Shown: positions 35,617-45,668 of the stretch, one piece after another
Position numbering within the stretch: the first letter of the stretch is position 1
Layout: the number at the start of each line of letters is the position of its first letter
NCBI GenBank assembly: GCA_039584685.1
Contig: JBDGXI010000001.1
Coordinates: forward strand, 15,239-79,238
Direction of reading: 5' to 3'
DNA length: 64,000 bases
DNA from: Gemmatimonadota bacterium
GTDB taxonomy: Bacteria > Gemmatimonadota > Gemmatimonadetes > Palauibacterales > Palauibacteraceae
Notes under the pieces: generated by a model
Database searches by the model: none
The model's input: only the letters and a program-made list of their open reading frames with translations
Told to the model about the DNA's origin: nothing
Made by a program: the position numbers and the translations under genes

Positions 35617-36075
35617 ATGAGAAACAGCCGCTTCCTCGGGCCGGCGGGGGTCACCCTGCCGGAACTGCTCATCACGCTCACGGTGATCGGCACTCTCACC
35701 ACGCTGGGCGCCAGTGGCTTCAGGAATCTTCGCGACGCCACCTCGATGCGAGCTGCCACCTGGTCCGTGCGGAATCATCTGGTGCTGGCACGCTCCCTGG
35801 CCATCGCGAGACGGGAGAAGATCAGAATCCGCCAGGACGAATCCGGCGACCTGGTGCTCCTCACGCTATCCGGGGAGAGGGTGGCGGCGGCCTCGGTAGG
35901 CCCATCCTCCGACGTGCCCGTGGACTCGCTTCGGGTCCGGCCATCGACCCTCCGCTTCAACTCTCGCGGGCAGGCGGCGCCAGGAAGCGTGTACCTGTAT
36001 CGAGGCGACAGGGTCGTGCGCGTGGTATCCAATTTCCTCGGTCGGTTGCGCATAGAATCATACCGCGCGCCATGA
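35617..36075 (+). CDS. FimT/GspH-like minor pilin
   Basis: Prepilin site PAG|VTLPELLITL, LARSLAIARR helix, LRFNSRG. Confidence 0.82.
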   Translation: MRNSRFLGPAGVTLPELLITLTVIGTLTTLGASGFRNLRDATSMRAATWSVRNHLVLARSLAIARREKIRIRQDESGDLVLLTLSGERVAAASVGPSSDVPVDSLRVRPSTLRFNSRGQAAPGSVYLYRGDRVVRVVSNFLGRLRIESYRAP

Positions 36076-36527
36076 GGTCCCCGGGAAGCGTCAAGGATTC
36101 AGACAGGGATCGCTGCGTTATGCATGGAGACTCGGCCGGAATCGCCCTAAATACTGCATATTTCAGGCGTGTCGGGGTGGTCACGTTCTTGCACGCCGTG
36201 CTCCTGGGAAACCGCGCTCGGTCCGGTTTCGGTCTGCCGGAAGTAGTGGTGGCCGTCACCGTTCTGGGGGTCGGAGTTCTCGGGGTAGCAGCATTGGGTG
36301 GTGCGGCGAGCAAGCTGAGACACATCGGGGCGGTGCGCAGCGCACAGACGGTTGCCGTCGCCACGTTGCTCGAAGACGTCTCGGCGGTCGGGCCGACGGA
36401 CCTTGAAACCACGGTCGACACGACACGGGTGTTCGAGGGTCTGATCGAGCTCCGCGTGACGGTGAGCGGAGCCGGGCCGGCGGGACCACTGTCATGGGTG
36501 ACCAGAAGACCGTCGGAAGGGCCTTAG
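36072..36527 (+). CDS. PilV-like minor pilin (true start may be GTG 36177 or 36198)
   Basis: RSG|FGLPEVVVAVTVLGVGVLGVAAL prepilin motif. Confidence 0.7.
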   Translation: MRSPGSVKDSDRDRCVMHGDSAGIALNTAYFRRVGVVTFLHAVLLGNRARSGFGLPEVVVAVTVLGVGVLGVAALGGAASKLRHIGAVRSAQTVAVATLLEDVSAVGPTDLETTVDTTRVFEGLIELRVTVSGAGPAGPLSWVTRRPSEGP

Positions 36528-36539
36528 CTCAGTACCCTG

Positions 36540-36555
36540 GGGCGTGACCGTTGCG
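36540..36555 (+). promoter_or_regulatory. Weaker sigma54-like element upstream of pilM
   Basis: GGGCGTGACCGTTGCG = GG-N10-GC. Confidence 0.4.
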
Positions 36556-36614
36556 TGCATGCTACACGCAGGTGAAGTTGCTGCGACGGAGGAGGCGACG
36601 CGGGCCGAAATGAA

Positions 36615-36644
36615 TTGACGCGCCGGACGTATGCGCAGTATCGT
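36615..36644 (+). promoter_or_regulatory. Sigma70-like promoter upstream of pilM
   Basis: TTGACG-N18-TATCGT. Confidence 0.5.
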
Positions 36645-36693
36645 GCCACACCGTCCGGCTGGTCCCGACAAGATCTCGTTGAGCAAGTGTATC

Positions 36694-37740
36694 ATGGCTC
36701 TATTTGGCATCGGCCGAAAAAAGAAGACGGTTGGCCTTGACGTTGGAAGCGGCTTCATCAAGGTCGCGATCGTCGATCACACGGGACCCGTGCCCGAGGT
36801 CGAGCGTCTCGTCGTCCACCGCCTCGGAGCCGATGCCATCGTCGAGGGAGAGGTCATGGATCCGGGCCTCGTGGCCGAGACCATCGATACTCTGTTCGTC
36901 GAAGAGGGCATCCACGACAGGGACGTGGTGGCTTCGGTCGGAGGGCGGGACCTGATCATCAAGCCCATCCAGATGGACCGGATGAAGAAGTCCGACGCTC
37001 GCGAGGTCATCCGGTGGGAGGCGGAGCAGTACGTGCCCTTCGACATGGACGACGTGCAGCTGGACTTCGAGATTACGGACCCCGAGGGTGAAGGTCTGCA
37101 GATGAGCGTTCTGCTCGTCGCCGCCAAACGGGAGCTCGTCGAAAACAAGGTCGCGCTCCTCGAAGAGGCGAACCTCGCTCCTCGAATCATAGACGTAGAC
37201 GCCTTCGCTCTCCACAATTCGCTCCAGCTCAACTACCCGGAAGCCATGAAAGGCATCTCCGGTCTCGTGAGCATCGGCCACGAGACGGCGAACGTGAACA
37301 TCCTCGAGGATGGGGTGCCGGTCCTGACCCGCGATCTGACGTTCGGTACGCGGCGCCTGTCGCTGGACCTGCAGCGCGAGCGTGGGATGTTGGCCGAAGA
37401 GGCGGAGGCGGTTCTCAGGGGCGAGAACGTGGACGAGAGACTGCGGAATTTCCTCTACGAGCGGGCGCAGGAAGTGGGACGAGGGATCGAGCGGGCCACG
37501 GCGTTTCTCGAGACACAGGAAGTGGGGGCCAGCCTCGGGCGGCTCTACCTGTGCGGTGGCGGCGTGCGCGTTCCCGGCCTCGTCGAGGCGCTCGCCGAGC
37601 GGCTCGGAGTGGAGACGCGCGTGGCGAGTTCGTTCGAGGTGCTGAACGTCAAGCCGGGCGCCGCCGAAGCCGAGAACCTCGAGCACATGGGACCCATGAT
37701 GATGCTGGCCATCGGACTGGCCCTGCGGGAAGCGGCATGA
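36694..37740 (+). CDS. pilM: Type IV pilus assembly protein PilM (actin-like)
   Basis: VGLDVGSGFIKVA, EAEQYVPF, VLLVAAK, VDAFAL, LCGGG; start at ATG 36694. Confidence 0.95.
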   Translation: MALFGIGRKKKTVGLDVGSGFIKVAIVDHTGPVPEVERLVVHRLGADAIVEGEVMDPGLVAETIDTLFVEEGIHDRDVVASVGGRDLIIKPIQMDRMKKSDAREVIRWEAEQYVPFDMDDVQLDFEITDPEGEGLQMSVLLVAAKRELVENKVALLEEANLAPRIIDVDAFALHNSLQLNYPEAMKGISGLVSIGHETANVNILEDGVPVLTRDLTFGTRRLSLDLQRERGMLAEEAEAVLRGENVDERLRNFLYERAQEVGRGIERATAFLETQEVGASLGRLYLCGGGVRVPGLVEALAERLGVETRVASSFEVLNVKPGAAEAENLEHMGPMMMLAIGLALREAA

Positions 37741-37750
37741 GGTCCCTGCG

Positions 37751-38386
37751 ATGATCGAGGTCAATCTTCATCCGCAGGGATCCAAGAAGCGTCGGAAGGG
37801 GCGCAAGCTTCCGACGGCACCGGGCTGGTTGAAGTCGACCGGCACCGGCGAGGGTCGCGACCGGTGGCTGATCGCGGCCGTAGCGATCCCCGCCCTGGTC
37901 TTACTGGTCGTCGGCTGGATGTGGTTCACGCAGCGCGCCGAACGCGGCGCGCTGGACGAGCGGGTCGTGGAGGCCGTGGCTGATTCGAGCCGGCTTTCAG
38001 ACCTGAGAGCGTTGAGCGACAGCCTTATCGCCCGCGAGGCGCAGATCAGTGAGCGGCTCCGGCTTCTCGAGGGCCTCGACGGCGGCCGCTTCGTGTGGCC
38101 TCGCCTTCTGGACGAATTCAGCCGTGCTCTCCCGGACTACGCCTGGCTGACGTCGATTCGCGAAGCCAACGCCCTTCCGGATCTCCAGGTCCAGATCGAC
38201 GGAATGGCGGCGAATCCGCTTGCGATCACCGCCTTCGTCCGCAGCCTCCAGGAATCGCCTTTCGTTGAGGAGGTTCGGATTCTGGGGAGCCAGGAGCAGG
38301 ACCTGGAGGGATTCAGTGCGCACACGTTCAGCCTGATCGTCGGGTACTCGGAACCGGCGGCGCCTGATGCAGGGGAGGATACCTGA
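37751..38386 (+). CDS. pilN: Type IV pilus assembly protein PilN
   Basis: IEVNLHP (INLLP-type) motif, one TM helix, coiled coil, LPDYAWLTSI. Confidence 0.9.
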   Translation: MIEVNLHPQGSKKRRKGRKLPTAPGWLKSTGTGEGRDRWLIAAVAIPALVLLVVGWMWFTQRAERGALDERVVEAVADSSRLSDLRALSDSLIAREAQISERLRLLEGLDGGRFVWPRLLDEFSRALPDYAWLTSIREANALPDLQVQIDGMAANPLAITAFVRSLQESPFVEEVRILGSQEQDLEGFSAHTFSLIVGYSEPAAPDAGEDT

Positions 38387-38388
38387 CC

Positions 38389-38991
38389 ATGGCGATCCTC
38401 CCGCAGGACCAGCGCCAGCAGATGATGCTGCTCGCGATCATTCTCGCACTGGCAGCGGGCGCGTTGTACTACAACTTCAGCTACCGTTCCGGGGCCGAGG
38501 AGCTCGTGAGCCTGACGGACCGCGTGGAAGACCTCGAGACCCAGAACCAGCTCGCGGAAGCGCGGATCGGAAACCTGCAGCAGCTGCGCGATCGGATCAG
38601 TGAGGCCGAGATCCAGTTCGAGCTCGTCGAGCGGCTGGTGCCGTCGGATGCCGAAGTGGCGGCGATCTACGAGGCCATCGCGACCGAGAGTCAGGCCCTC
38701 GATCTGCGCCTGATCAACGTGGAGCCGAGCCTCCCGGAGCCCGCGGACAGTGGGGCTTACTTCTTGCGGCAGGAATGGCTGATGCAGGTGGAAGGGGACT
38801 ACCACTCGCTAGCCGAGTTTCTGACCCGGGTGGCTTCTTTCGACCGAATCGTGCGCCCGCGCGTGACGCAGGTGGCTCCCACCGCGCAGACTCCGAGTGG
38901 GCGGCAAAAGGTGATAGCCTCCTTCGGATTGGAGACCTACGTGCTGGCTCCCGAAGAGGCGCAGGCGGTTGTCCCGGAGGTGACGGAGTGA
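38389..38991 (+). CDS. pilO: Type IV pilus assembly protein PilO
   Basis: TM helix, coiled coil, LVPSDAEV, VEGDYHSLAEFL..FDRIV; position in the operon. Confidence 0.88.
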   Translation: MAILPQDQRQQMMLLAIILALAAGALYYNFSYRSGAEELVSLTDRVEDLETQNQLAEARIGNLQQLRDRISEAEIQFELVERLVPSDAEVAAIYEAIATESQALDLRLINVEPSLPEPADSGAYFLRQEWLMQVEGDYHSLAEFLTRVASFDRIVRPRVTQVAPTAQTPSGRQKVIASFGLETYVLAPEEAQAVVPEVTE

Positions 38992-39428
38992 TTGCGCGCG
39001 GGCTGGCGGCCCTGGCCGTTCTCCTCCTGGCAGCGCCGGGACTGTGGGCGCAGGAAGGCGAGCCGGATGATGCGGCCCCGGTGGAGGCGGTGCAGGCCGC
39101 TCCGACGCTGCAGCGAGAATCGTTTTCGTACTCCGGCGCCGGGCGGCGTGATCCGTTCAAGGCGCTGGAGGCTGGTGACGAGCTCGGACCTCGATTCGAG
39201 AACCTGGAGCTCGCCGGGATCATATTCAGCCCGCAAGCGGGCAGCGTGATCGTCCTGGTGGATCGATCGACGCAGAGGCGGCACCGCGTCTGGGAAGGCG
39301 ACATCGTAGGCGGCGCGACGTTGCTCGACGTGACGCCGGACGAGGCGGTCTTCAGGGTCACCGTCTTCGGCGTCAGCAGACAGGATACGCTGCGCCTGAA
39401 GAACACGGACAAGGAGCAGGGCGGATGA
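38988..39428 (+). CDS. pilP: PilP-like protein (no lipobox)
   Basis: RRDPF motif, LELAGII, position between pilO and pilQ; GTG start at 38988. Confidence 0.7.
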   Translation: MIARGLAALAVLLLAAPGLWAQEGEPDDAAPVEAVQAAPTLQRESFSYSGAGRRDPFKALEAGDELGPRFENLELAGIIFSPQAGSVIVLVDRSTQRRHRVWEGDIVGGATLLDVTPDEAVFRVTVFGVSRQDTLRLKNTDKEQGG

Positions 39429-41149
39429 TCGGCAAACAGGTCCTCGCGACCCTCCTGGCAACCCTCTGGGCGGCGGCGCCCGTGGGCCACGTTCAGGAGG
39501 TCCGGATCTCCTCTTCCGGAGATCAGACCGAGATCGCCGTCATCACGAACGGCGAGGTGGAGGTCCGGGACTTCATCCTGAGGGACCCGGCGCGCCTGAT
39601 TCTCGACGTTCACGGTGCGGTCAACGAACTTCCCGAGGGCACCTTCGAAGGCATCGGGCGTGGCGGAATCGTGCGACTGAGGAGCAGTCAGTTCAGAGAC
39701 GATGTGGTCCGCCTGGTGTTCGATCTCGCGCAGGCGCCGAGCTATCAGACGGCATCGGAATCCGGGCAGTACACCGTTCGCTTCACGAACCCCGGCGGGA
39801 CGTTCGATACGTGGAGCAGCGGATCCGTGGCGACAGGAACGGTCGCCATGCTGGATCGCGTGCCCGAACCGACTGTGGCTCCCGCTCGGGCGGCTGGTCG
39901 CACCATGCAACAGGATGCGACGGATCTCGAACGCATTACGGTGGCGTACGACAGCGCCAGCATGCTTGAGGTGCTGGCCGGGTTCTCGGAGTTCGCGGGG
40001 GTTTCGATCGTCCCGAGCACGGACGCTGCAGGGATGACCGTGCAGGGTGTCGACATCCGTAACCAGAGATGGGACGTGGCCCTCGACGCCATCCTCGCGT
40101 CGCAGGGTCTGGGGTGGAGGCTGCAGTCCGAGGGGATCCTGATCGTGGACAAGCTGGAGGGGATCCGGGCGCGCGACACGCTGCAGACCGAGACGCGGGT
40201 TTTCAAGATCAATTACGCCGCGGCCGATTCCGTGGCCTCGACACTCGAGCGGCTCGCCACGCCGAATCGCGGCCAGGTCGTTCCGTACCTGGGCGCCAAC
40301 TCCGTGATCGTCACGGATGCGCCTTCGGTCGTGGCCCGCATGGACAGCCTGATCCGCAACCTGGATGTGAAGACGCCCCAGGTTTCCATCGAAGCCAAGA
40401 TCATCTTCGTGGACCGCACGGACGTGATGGAGCTGGGGATCATCTACGATCTCAAGGACATGCAGGGGAACTCCATCAACGACGTGATCGGTGTTCCCGA
40501 TCCGCTGAATCCGGGCGAGATCACGAACCAGACGCTGGTGGACCTGGGCGGTAACTCAGTCGCCGTCCTGGCCAACGCCAACGACCAGGTTCTGACTCCA
40601 TCCCTGGAGATCCTCGCTTCCGTGGCGTTCGGTGACTTCTCGCTGTCCGCGTGGCTCCAGGCCCTCGAGCAGCACAAGCTTTCCGACGTGCAGGCCGCGC
40701 CAACGATCCAGGTGGTCGATAACCACCACGCCCGGATCCAGGTCGGTGAGAAGACCCCCGTGCGCGTCCTGGACGCGGGTACCGGGAACACCCAGGCGCA
40801 GGCGACCGTACAGTACGAGGACACGGGGATCATCCTCGATGTCACGCCGCACATCACGAACAACAGCCAGATCCTGCTCGACGTATCGGCCGAGCGGTCG
40901 GGTATCCAGACCGAGATCCCGGATATCGGATTCACGTTCCTGAAGCAGATCGGCCAAACGCGCCTCCTGCTGGACGACGGCGAGACCATGGTCATCGGAG
41001 GCCTCACTCTGAGCCAGGTGGACCGGTCGGAGACGGGAATCCCGCTTCTCATGGATATTCCGGTCCTCGGAGCGCTGTTCCGCACGACCAAGAACTCAGA
41101 ACGCAAGACGGATCTGATCATCCTGGTGACGCCTCACATCGTGGATTAG
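39425..41149 (+). CDS. pilQ: Type IV pilus secretin with N-terminal AMIN domain
   Basis: PARLILDV (AMIN), WDVALDAIL, QVSIEAKII, LDDGETMVIGGL, IPLLMDIPVLGALF, LIILVTPHI. Confidence 0.95.
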   Translation: MIGKQVLATLLATLWAAAPVGHVQEVRISSSGDQTEIAVITNGEVEVRDFILRDPARLILDVHGAVNELPEGTFEGIGRGGIVRLRSSQFRDDVVRLVFDLAQAPSYQTASESGQYTVRFTNPGGTFDTWSSGSVATGTVAMLDRVPEPTVAPARAAGRTMQQDATDLERITVAYDSASMLEVLAGFSEFAGVSIVPSTDAAGMTVQGVDIRNQRWDVALDAILASQGLGWRLQSEGILIVDKLEGIRARDTLQTETRVFKINYAAADSVASTLERLATPNRGQVVPYLGANSVIVTDAPSVVARMDSLIRNLDVKTPQVSIEAKIIFVDRTDVMELGIIYDLKDMQGNSINDVIGVPDPLNPGEITNQTLVDLGGNSVAVLANANDQVLTPSLEILASVAFGDFSLSAWLQALEQHKLSDVQAAPTIQVVDNHHARIQVGEKTPVRVLDAGTGNTQAQATVQYEDTGIILDVTPHITNNSQILLDVSAERSGIQTEIPDIGFTFLKQIGQTRLLLDDGETMVIGGLTLSQVDRSETGIPLLMDIPVLGALFRTTKNSERKTDLIILVTPHIVD

Positions 41150-41213
41150 GCACGCCGGACTTCGGCCGGCCGGCGCCTTGCCCGGCTCGTCCGGAGAACG
41201 ATCCTGCGGCGGA

Positions 41214-41247
41214 CGCGGGGCCGGGAGAAATCCCGGTCCCGCGTTTT
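41214..41247 (+). terminator. Rho-independent terminator after pilQ
   Basis: CGCGGGGCCGGGA-gaaa-TCCCGGTCCCGCG-TTTT: 13-bp stem, GNRA loop, U tract. Confidence 0.8.
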
Positions 41248-41313
41248 GCGTTCGGGGTGACCGCCGTATACTGGAGGCCGTCTCGGGCCCGGCACCATCC
41301 ACGGAAGGACGTC

Positions 41314-42519
41314 ATGCTCCAGCACGTACGATTCACCACCGCAGGCGAATCCCACGGCAAGGGAGCGCTCGTCATCGTCGAGGGCATGCCGGCCGGGGTT
41401 CCGCTCTCACCGGCGGACATCGCGCGGGACCTCGCTCGCCGCCAGCTGGGTCATGGCCGGGGCGGCCGGATGGAGATCGAGAGGGACACCGGGGAGATCC
41501 TGTCCGGCGTGCGATTCGGGGAGACCCTGGGCTCGCCAATCGCGATCTGGATCCCGAATCGGGACCACGCGAACTGGGCAACCTCGATGTCGGTTGACCC
41601 CCAGGCCGGGGCCGACGACGAGGAGCTCCGACGGGTCTATCTTCCGCGGCCGGGGCACGCGGACCTGGTGGGAATGTTGAAGTATGATCGGGCAGATGCC
41701 CGCGATATCCTCGAGCGGTCCAGTGCGCGTGAGACCTCGGCTCGCGCGGCCGCCGGCGCCGTGGCGCGTCGTCTGCTGTCCGAATTGGGCGTCTCCATAG
41801 GCAGTCACGTCACCCGGATCGGGGCGGAGCAGAGCCAGCCCCCGGCGGAGCTGCCCGCGGATCTCAACGCCCTATCCGATGCCTCGAAGGTCCGCTGTCT
41901 CGACGCTGAAGCCGAAGACCGGATGGTGGGGGCCATCGCCGTGGCCGGCGAAGCCGGGGACACCCTGGGGGGCGAGTTCGAAGTCGTGGCGACGGGACTT
42001 CCTGTTGGGCTCGGAAGCCATGTCTCGTGGGATCGTCGACTCGACGGACGCCTCGCGGGGGCGATGATGTCGATCCAGGCCATGAAAGGGGTGGAGATCG
42101 GTCTCGGCTTCGAGGCGTCCCGTCGGAGGGGGTCCGAGGTGCACGATGAAATCGCGGCAGATTCGTCGCGGAAACGGGCCGGCGGCTTTCGGCGCTCCCG
42201 CAACCACGCGGGCGGGCTGGAGGGGGGCACTACCACGGGGGAGCCTCTGGTGGTGCGTGTAGCGATGAAGCCGCTGAGCTCTCTCACCCGGCCGCTGGCG
42301 AGTGTGGACGTGCGGACCGGGGAGGCAGCAGCCGCCGTGCGGGAGCGAAGCGACGTGTGCGCGGTCCCCGCTGCGGCGGTGGTCGGAGAGGCCATGCTCG
42401 CACTGGTGCTGGCCGACGCGATGGTGGAGAAATTCGGAGGAGACTCGCTAGCCGAGTGTCGCGCCAACCTCGAGGCTTTCGTCCGGCGGGCGACCGATCG
42501 GGCACGGCTCTGGGAATGA
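41314..42519 (+). CDS. aroC: Chorismate synthase
   Basis: TAGESHG, RRQLGHGRG, PRPGHAD, ERSSARET, NHAGGLEGG, RSDVCAVP; start at ATG 41314. Confidence 0.97.
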   Translation: MLQHVRFTTAGESHGKGALVIVEGMPAGVPLSPADIARDLARRQLGHGRGGRMEIERDTGEILSGVRFGETLGSPIAIWIPNRDHANWATSMSVDPQAGADDEELRRVYLPRPGHADLVGMLKYDRADARDILERSSARETSARAAAGAVARRLLSELGVSIGSHVTRIGAEQSQPPAELPADLNALSDASKVRCLDAEAEDRMVGAIAVAGEAGDTLGGEFEVVATGLPVGLGSHVSWDRRLDGRLAGAMMSIQAMKGVEIGLGFEASRRRGSEVHDEIAADSSRKRAGGFRRSRNHAGGLEGGTTTGEPLVVRVAMKPLSSLTRPLASVDVRTGEAAAAVRERSDVCAVPAAAVVGEAMLALVLADAMVEKFGGDSLAECRANLEAFVRRATDRARLWE

Positions 42520-43052
42520 CCCGACCCGGACCGATCGTACTGGTCGGGCTGAGCGGTGCCGGGAAGACAGCCGTGGGACGGCTGCTCGCCGGGCGTCTCG
42601 ATTGGGCATTCGTCGACCTCGACGAGGAAGTGGAGCGCGTCTCGGGTCGCTCGATCGCCGCCGTGTTTGCCGAGGAGGGCCAGAGCCGTTTCCGCGATCT
42701 CGAGGCGCAGGTGACGCGTTCGGCCGCCGTCGATTCGAGGACCGTCGTATCGACGGGCGGTGGCTGGATGGCCCGACCCGAGCTCCGTGGGATATGGCCG
42801 GACGCGGTACGAGTGTGGCTTCGAGTCGAGCCCGGCAACGCCGTGGCCAGACTTGCGCGAGAACGCTCCACTCGCCCTCTTCTGGCGGGTCCGGACCCGG
42901 AGGCGGAGCTTCGGCTGCTGCTCGCCGATAGACTTCCGGCCTACCGCCAGGCCGAGATCGCGGTGCCGACGGACGGACTGGCGCCCGAGGCCGTGATGGC
43001 CGCCATACTGGACAGACTCGCTGAAGCGGGGCGACAGCCCGCCACACCCTAA
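42516..43052 (+). CDS. aroK: Shikimate kinase
   Basis: LVGLSGAGKT, FVDLD, FRDLE, STGGG, RPLL; start at ATG 42516. Confidence 0.93.
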   Translation: MTRPGPIVLVGLSGAGKTAVGRLLAGRLDWAFVDLDEEVERVSGRSIAAVFAEEGQSRFRDLEAQVTRSAAVDSRTVVSTGGGWMARPELRGIWPDAVRVWLRVEPGNAVARLARERSTRPLLAGPDPEAELRLLLADRLPAYRQAEIAVPTDGLAPEAVMAAILDRLAEAGRQPATP

Positions 43053-43071
43053 CGTTTCGCACTGGAAATCG

Positions 43072-45645
43072 ATGTCGAGCACCAAGAGGGCCAAGCACCT
43101 GGTCATCGTCGAGTCGCCCAAGAAGGCGCGTCTCCTGGGCCAGTATCTCGGAGACGACTATGTCGTCGAAGCTTCGGTAGGCCACGTCGTGGACCTTCCG
43201 AAGAAGGGCCTCGGCGTGGACGTGGACAACGGCTACGAACCGGAGTTCGTCACCGTTCGAGGCAAGGGGAAGGTGCTCGACGAGCTCAAGAAGCAGTCGA
43301 AGACGGCAGAGGATATTCTGATCGCCACCGATCCGGACCGCGAGGGCGAGGCGATCGGCTATCACATCGCGGTCAAGCTGGGCTACGACAAGGACGACGG
43401 TCGTCGGTTTCGGCGCGTCCGTTTCAACGAAATTACGGCGCAGGCGGTGAGAGACGCCGTCAAACAGCCGGGTGACCTGGACCTGAACCAGGTCGATGCG
43501 CAACAGGCGAGGCGTATCCTGGACCGGTTGGTCGGCTACGGCCTCTCGCCGCTGCTGTGGAAGAAGATCTCTCCGGTGGATCCCATCAGCCGGACACCTC
43601 TTTCCGCAGGGCGCGTGCAGTCCGTGGCCGTCCGATTGGTGGTGGACCGCGAGAGAGAGCGCCGGAGGTTCAGGAGCGGCGCCTGGTGGGACCTCGCCGC
43701 GACCTTCGCCCGCGAAGGGCAGGATTTCGAGGCACAGCTGGCGCAGGTGGACGGCGTTCCGGTCGTGAAGGGCGCAGATTTCGATTCCGCGACGGGGCAG
43801 CCGAAGAAGCCCGGTGCGGTGGTCGTGTTCGGGGAGCCCGAGGTCGATGCTCTGCGGGCCAGGCTCGAGGGTGTCGATTTCCACGTGCACGAGGTCGAAA
43901 AGAAGCCGGTCACCCTGAGGCCGTATCCCCCGTTTACGACGTCCACGCTGCAGCAGGAAGCGAACCGCAAGCTGAATCTCACTGTGCGACAGACCATGCA
44001 GGTCGCCCAGCGCCTGTACGAGGCGGGCCACATCACCTACATGCGGACGGATTCGGTCCACCTCTCGGGGCAGGCGATCGGAGCGGCCCGCGGCAAGGTG
44101 GAGGCACTCTACGGCGAGGACTACCTGAGCGCATCGCCCAGGACCTTCAAGACGAAGTCGAAGGGGGCGCAGGAAGCGCACGAGGCCATTCGGCCGGCCG
44201 GCACGTCCATGCTGACGGCCGCCGAGCTCAGGCTGAAGGCCGTCGACGCCGCCCTGTACGAGCTGATCTGGAAGCGCACCATGGCCACCCAGATGGCCGA
44301 CGCGAAACAGCTCCGGGTCTCGGCGTCGCTTCGAGGGGACGGCGTGGAATTCAGAGCCCGCGGTAACACGCTCGAGTTCGCCGGCTTTCTGCGAGCATAC
44401 GTCGAGGGGAGCGACGATCCCGAGGCGGTCCTGGAGGATAGGGAAGTCGTTCTTCCGCCCCTCGAGTCGGGCGACTCTGTCGAGACCCGGGATATCCGAC
44501 CGGAATCTCACGAGACCCGTCCGCCGGCTCGCTACACGGACGCTTCGCTGGTCAAGGCGCTGGAGGCCGAGGGGATCGGGCGACCGTCGACCTACGCCAC
44601 CATCGTGGATACGATCCGTCAGCGCGGGTACGTGGCCGGTCGCAACAAACAGCTCGTGCCCACATTCATCGCCTTCGCGGTCACCGGCCTGCTGGAGAGT
44701 CACTTCGAGGACCTGGTGGATCCGGGCTTCACATCGGAGATGGAGAAGGGCCTCGACGCGATCGCGGACGGTGAGGTGGACTGGCGCGCGTTCCTGGACG
44801 ACTTCTATCGGGGTAAGAACGGCTTCGAGGACCGGCTCGAGAATCGGGCGGCGGAGATCGACCCCCGTGTCGCGTCTACCCTGAGCGGGTTTGACGATCT
44901 CGGTGGGGAGCTACGTATCGGCCGCTTCGGGCCCTTCCTCGAAACCCCGGGGGATGGAGAGCCCCTTCGAGTGACGATCCCCGAGGACCTCGCTCCCGCG
45001 GATCTCTCGGCCGAGAAGGCCGCCGAGCTCCTGGCCGACCGGGAGCGGGCGGATCAACCGATCGGGCAGGATCCGGAGACCGGCCTCCCGGTCTATGTCA
45101 GGACGGGCCGCTTCGGGCCGTTCGTCCAGCTCGGCGAGCGGACGGAGGACGGAGAGAAGCCCAGGCGGGCTTCGCTCTCCAAGGGGATGAGTACGGACGG
45201 GGTGACGCTCGAGATCGCCCTGCGCCTGCTGTCCCTGCCCCGTGACCTCGGTCCCCATCCGGAGAGCGGTGAGCCCGTGCGTGCCGGCATCGGTCGATAC
45301 GGACCGTACGTCGTTCATGACGGCGACTTCCGCTCGCTCGAGAAGACGGACGACGTGTACACCGTCACCCTGGACCGGGCCCTGGAGCTGCTCTCACAGC
45401 CCAAGGGTGGACGTCGTCGCACGGGAGCCAAGCCACTGCGCGAGCTGGGGGCGCACCCGCACGATGGCCAGCCGGTGAACCTGCTGGATGGCCGCTACGG
45501 GCCGTACGTGAAGTGGGGAAAGCTGAACGCCTCGCTTCCGAAGGACATGCCACCCGATGACATCACGCTGGATCAGGCTCTCGAACTCCTGGCGGCGCGA
45601 GCCGCCCGCGGGCCGCGCCGCAAGGGTGGCCGGCGCAAGAAGTAG
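43072..45645 (+). CDS. topA: DNA topoisomerase I with C-terminal Topo_C repeats and a basic tail
   Basis: IVESPKK, ATDPDREGE, SAGRVQS, ITYMRTDS, GIGRPSTY, four GR(F/Y)GP(F/Y) repeats. Confidence 0.97.
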   Translation: MSSTKRAKHLVIVESPKKARLLGQYLGDDYVVEASVGHVVDLPKKGLGVDVDNGYEPEFVTVRGKGKVLDELKKQSKTAEDILIATDPDREGEAIGYHIAVKLGYDKDDGRRFRRVRFNEITAQAVRDAVKQPGDLDLNQVDAQQARRILDRLVGYGLSPLLWKKISPVDPISRTPLSAGRVQSVAVRLVVDRERERRRFRSGAWWDLAATFAREGQDFEAQLAQVDGVPVVKGADFDSATGQPKKPGAVVVFGEPEVDALRARLEGVDFHVHEVEKKPVTLRPYPPFTTSTLQQEANRKLNLTVRQTMQVAQRLYEAGHITYMRTDSVHLSGQAIGAARGKVEALYGEDYLSASPRTFKTKSKGAQEAHEAIRPAGTSMLTAAELRLKAVDAALYELIWKRTMATQMADAKQLRVSASLRGDGVEFRARGNTLEFAGFLRAYVEGSDDPEAVLEDREVVLPPLESGDSVETRDIRPESHETRPPARYTDASLVKALEAEGIGRPSTYATIVDTIRQRGYVAGRNKQLVPTFIAFAVTGLLESHFEDLVDPGFTSEMEKGLDAIADGEVDWRAFLDDFYRGKNGFEDRLENRAAEIDPRVASTLSGFDDLGGELRIGRFGPFLETPGDGEPLRVTIPEDLAPADLSAEKAAELLADRERADQPIGQDPETGLPVYVRTGRFGPFVQLGERTEDGEKPRRASLSKGMSTDGVTLEIALRLLSLPRDLGPHPESGEPVRAGIGRYGPYVVHDGDFRSLEKTDDVYTVTLDRALELLSQPKGGRRRTGAKPLRELGAHPHDGQPVNLLDGRYGPYVKWGKLNASLPKDMPPDDITLDQALELLAARAARGPRRKGGRRKK

Positions 45646-45668
45646 GGCCGGGAGCCGCCCGCAAACCG

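Noticed and set aside
41246-41272. TTGCGT-N15-TATACT as the aroC promoter
   Set aside because: Good -10, but the spacer is short and the -35 overlaps the pilQ terminator tail; plausible but not supported enough to list
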